From: Wallemia ichthyophaga EXF-994
Taxonomy: Eukaryota; Fungi; Basidiomycota
Reading direction: 5' to 3'
Assembly (NCBI RefSeq): GCF_000400465.1
Contig: NW_008806284.1
Coordinates: forward strand, 1-62,000
DNA length: 62,000 bases
This document shows, piece after piece, positions 59,695 to 62,000 of this stretch (its first letter is position 1; each line of letters begins with the position of its first letter). A model generated the notes under the pieces. That model did not search any database, was not told the origin of the DNA, and saw nothing but the letters and a program-made list of their open reading frames with translations. A program made the position numbers and the translations under genes.

Positions 59695-60680
59695 TCACAA
59701 CAGCGTCTCACCCAAAGCGGATCTAACGAGCGAGCATCCGACGCTCACAGTCTGCTTTACAGCGCGCTCATCTTCGAGTGTCGGGTTTACTTCCATAAGG
59801 TCAACAGCGACAAGAAGACCAGTCTGATGCAACGCCTCGCAAATATAATGCCCCTCTCTGAAAGTAAGACCACCACGAACCGGTGTACCTGTGCTTGGAG
59901 CCACCGACGGATCCATTGCGTCAACATCGAAGCTTAAATGTACCGGTCTGGTTCCATCAGGATTGACGTCGTTGAGTGCCATTTCGACTACCCTGCCAAT
60001 TCCCCATTTGTCTACATGGTGCATTGAGTACGCGGTGATATTGTGTTCTTTCAGCAGACGCTTTTCGCCATCATCCACATCGCGTAGACCTATATACACG
60101 AGACGTGAAGGGTGCAGCTGCGACTTGATCCAGCTGAATTCGGGTATATCTCCGGCAATGCCGAGCAAGAAAGATAGCTGATAAGTAAGTGGGTTAGTTG
60201 AGACGTCGCACGCATTCCGCACTTATCACTCACTGGACAACCATGCAAATTACCCGTTTCTGTTGTCTCGGGTGTATTCAAGTCGGCATGAGCATCCACC
60301 CACACAACACACAGTTCTGGATGAGCGCTTAAGCTGCCCGAAATGGTCCCCATGGCTAGGCTGTGGTCCCCACCCAGTGTCACAGGAAGCTTGCCTGCTT
60401 GGGCGTGTTTCTTTACCTCCTGGTACACTTTCTCAGTAGCCGCGCTGACTGTTCGTGGATACTTGAGCTTGCCGATGTCCGTATCATTCTCGAGCACGCT
60501 AAATCCGCTATGATCCTCTATGGCGTCGACTGATAGTCCGAGTGTCTCCACCTGCTGCGCGAGGCCGTGCTTTATCAACTGCACAGGCCCAGTCTCCGTG
60601 CCACGCTTAGGCTGTCCGTGACTAAATGGCGCATTAACGAATGCTACTTGTGGTTTTACGAATTTAAAAGGAGTGGACAT
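59695..60680 (-). CDS. CAR1: Arginase
   Basis: GGDHSLAMGTISG, WVDAHADLN, SGN-like TGNLHGCP, IGLRDVD, HLSFDVDAMDP..APSTGTPVRGG and DLMEVNP. One intron. Confidence 0.98.
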
Positions 60681-60764
60681 GGCGGTTAGTGATGAACAGG
60701 CGTATCGCGTGTTATCAATGATAAAATAAATTAAAAGTACAAAAGAAGAGCGAGACTAATCAAA

Positions 60765-62000
60765 TCACTCCTCTTCATCATGCTGGTCATCACGCTTGAA
60801 CAGATCGAGCATCTCATTCAATCCAAGCTTGTTAGACACCGCCTTGCCGCTGAGTGCTGCCTCGGCCAGTTCGCGCTTTTTCTTTTGAAGCTCGAGTATA
60901 CGATCTTCTACAGTCTGCACCACCGTTAATTTGTATATATGCACTTCGCGTTTCTGTCCGAGACGGTGGGCTCTGTCGAAAGCTTGGTCTTCGAGCGCAG
61001 GATTCCACCACATGTCAGACAAAATGACGCGCGAACATATATTCAGATTAAGCCCTGTCGATCCGGCTTTGAAGGATATCAGTATGACTGATGGTGTGTT
61101 AGAGAATCAACTTTTGCACTCAAGCATAAGCGTAAGCATATGCCCTAGCATTGGCACTCCCACCTGTTGTCTTATCATCCGACTTTATCTGATTAAGCAC
61201 AGCCTCGCGTTCGATTGGATTCATAGATCCATCGTATCTTACGTACTTGTAGCCAGCTGCTTTGACGAAGCTTTCAATGATATCGAGGAATGTGACGAAT
61301 TGTGAGAATATGATGGTTTTCTCTGGGGTATTCGTGATTTTGTGGCTGCTATTTTTGTCCTTGTGATTCTTGTGATTCTTTTGATCCTTATGACCGCTCT
61401 TGTTGTCCTTCTTTTCAGTGTCCTTTCTCAATTTCGCTTCCTTCCTTTCCTGCTCCCGATCGTCATCACTTTCACTGAGCACAATCTGCTGACTCTTTTT
61501 CTTCAGGATTGATTTCTTGCTTTTACTCTTCTCGCTTTTCTCGTTCTTCTCAACGCGCTTTCTGTCATCGTCATCCGCCTTTTTTATGTCCATCGACGCT
61601 GTACGCTTGATAATTGTGTCAAGATCGTCATTTTCGCTGCTACTGATATCTATAGCTTTAGACGGGAGGCCAGCCGGATCGAGGCGCGTTTGAGGGGTGT
61701 GTGGAGTGTACGAATCTGTCTGTGTCTGTGTCTTCTGTTGTGATCGCCCTTTGGTGTTTGGTTTAATAGCAGTGCTAGTAGAAGCTGCAGCAACATCAGT
61801 AGCGCTATGCACCTCTTCCAAAATACGCATAATAGCTCTAATCTTTGCACTCTCCACCAACCCCGTCGCATCACCCGACTTATCAACTCCACTACTCCCT
61901 ACTACCTTCGCTTTTCCCTTGTCGATCTGTAGATCCTCATCGACATGCTTCTTCTCACCTACACCTAACCCAGTGAAAAGATCCGCGAGCTCATCCGCCT
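60765..62000 (-). CDS. SNF2-family ATPase of the Rad5/Rad16/Uls1 group; C-terminal part, 5'-truncated
   Basis: SAKIRAI, IIFSQFVTFLDII, RYDGSM, LISFKAG..GLNL, WWNPALEDQAFDRAHRLGQ and TVEDRIL.LQ.KK. Confidence 0.92.

Overview
Eukaryotic nuclear DNA from a very compact fungal genome. The window holds about 42 recognisable protein-coding genes in 62 kb. Introns are mostly 41-57 nt (GT-AG, probably one GC-AG) and intergenic gaps are often under 100 nt. Gene density, intron size and protein sequences point to a basidiomycete, most plausibly Wallemia; this is inference, not a database result. Most genes are housekeeping: proteasome, ribosomal proteins, histones H3/H4, trafficking, nuclear pore, chromatin and metabolism. 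I found no tRNA, rRNA, CRISPR array or intact transposon. The supplied ORF track breaks most genes at introns, so I rebuilt gene models by hand and internal boundaries are approximate. The main observations are: (1) extreme gene packing, with divergent ATGs 17-50 nt apart and tandem genes whose stop and next ATG are in frame 12 or 36 nt apart, both preceded by the same CTACCGTCATG; (2) a stand-alone GTPBP1/2 N-terminal-like protein with no GTPase domain; (3) a bacterial-type Fe-S L-serine dehydratase with a mitochondrial-type presequence and hydrophobic substitutions at conserved sites; (4) splicing oddities: a 5-nt micro-exon, two start codons split AT|G by introns, and 'mirror' introns; (5) several cryptic spliced orphan loci that the ORF track misses; (6) a KASH-like candidate, an Arl3 lacking its catalytic Gln, and variant H3/H4 sequences.
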